Origin: Convolutriloba macropyga
Lineage: Eukaryota
Assembly: GCF_964194025.1 (NCBI RefSeq)
Contig: NC_134475.1
Span: forward strand, 17,546,001 to 17,610,000
DNA length: 64,000 nt
Direction: 5' to 3'
Under the pieces are notes generated by a model. That model saw only the letters and a list, made by a program, of their open reading frames with translations, had not been told where the DNA came from and did no database searches. A program made the position numbers and the translations under genes. This document shows positions 63,301 through 64,000 of the stretch, piece by piece (positions within the stretch are counted from its first letter, which is position 1; each line of letters opens with the position of its first letter).

Positions 63301-64000
63301 AACTATTCCGCGTTGGAAATTCTTTTTGTTCTTATTCCAATTCGGCTAATTGTCATAGCATGGCCGATCTTATCCTATATATTAAATGCACGGCAGTTTA
63401 GAGGGCACAGTGGTATAACGAAAGTGTAAAATGAGGAGCATGTTTAAGATATCCCGAAGATCATCCCGTTTAAGATATCCCGAGTTTTTGAACAGCATTG
63501 TTAAGAGGAGAGATCGAGTGAGGTCAATCATCGAACAATGTTCTAGGAGGGTAAAGTCCGAAAAAGCGCGGATTGAAAAAGAATCATTGACAGAAATGAA
63601 GGAGTCAATGACCGAAAAATGCAGGTGTCAAAATGTTCATGCGCCGAAAAAGCAAGGATACAAAAAATGTGTCAAAATTGGGAATACATGGAAAAGAAGG
63701 CATTGACCGCTGTTCTGATGCAAAACGATTCTTCAAAATCGTTGAATTTTATTTTACTTTTCCTTCCCCCTTCCTTTCTCTTTTTTAATAATAGCTGCGA
63801 TAATGGTAGCTGAGCAGAGCTATTGTTTGCTATCAAATAATTTTTTGTCGAGTTTTGCAAACATTTGAGGTAACACTCCCTTTTCGACTTTTGCGAAGTG
63901 GGTTTTAATGAATTACGATTTAGACGTCAAATGTAGCGCGTGAAAGTTTTTCAAGCTTGCCCGAAGTTCCACTAGTAGACATTAGTGATTTCTGCGGTTT
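57380..64000. repeat. Complex kb-scale tandem array (units ~1.5-2.6 kb), running past the window end
   Basis: Marker cgtcaaat.tagcgc at ~57402, ~59838, ~62416 and ~63924; ggcacagtggtataacgaaag at ~59306, ~61884 and ~63403; recurrent ORF-track peptides. Confidence 0.9.

Overview
AT-rich, repeat-dominated genomic DNA that looks like an invertebrate animal; nothing prokaryotic (no operons, CRISPR, rRNA or tRNA seen). The only host gene I can support is the first coding exon of a GRK2/3-type G protein-coupled receptor kinase (46975-47662, + strand). It is preceded by a probable 5'UTR splice acceptor with a uORF and a candidate promoter near 38 kb, and followed by an intron of more than 16 kb. The rest is mostly decayed mobile DNA: (1) a locally triplicated zinc-knuckle/APE/RT LINE at 4.7-10.5 kb; (2) three GG-ended MITEs with 8-bp TSDs (Merlin-like); (3) a CR1-type LINE whose 5' end carries ~1-kb tandem modules encoding an apparently inactive SGNH esterase, all inside a 4.62-kb tandem duplication (12-22 kb); (4) a young, 5'-truncated CRE-clade RLE retrotransposon with a perfect 15-bp TSD and a structured 3'UTR (23246-24346); (5) a ~4.3-kb Maverick/Polinton deletion derivative (25496-29757) retaining major capsid, penton and packaging ATPase remnants plus a small basic protein beginning ARTK, like the histone H3 tail, with a self-folding AGTAGT terminus; (6) MULE remnants and a long intronic palindrome; (7) several kb-scale tandem duplications, one apparently identical (2558 bp). 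All alignments and translations were done by eye; family assignments rest on motif recognition and need HMM confirmation.
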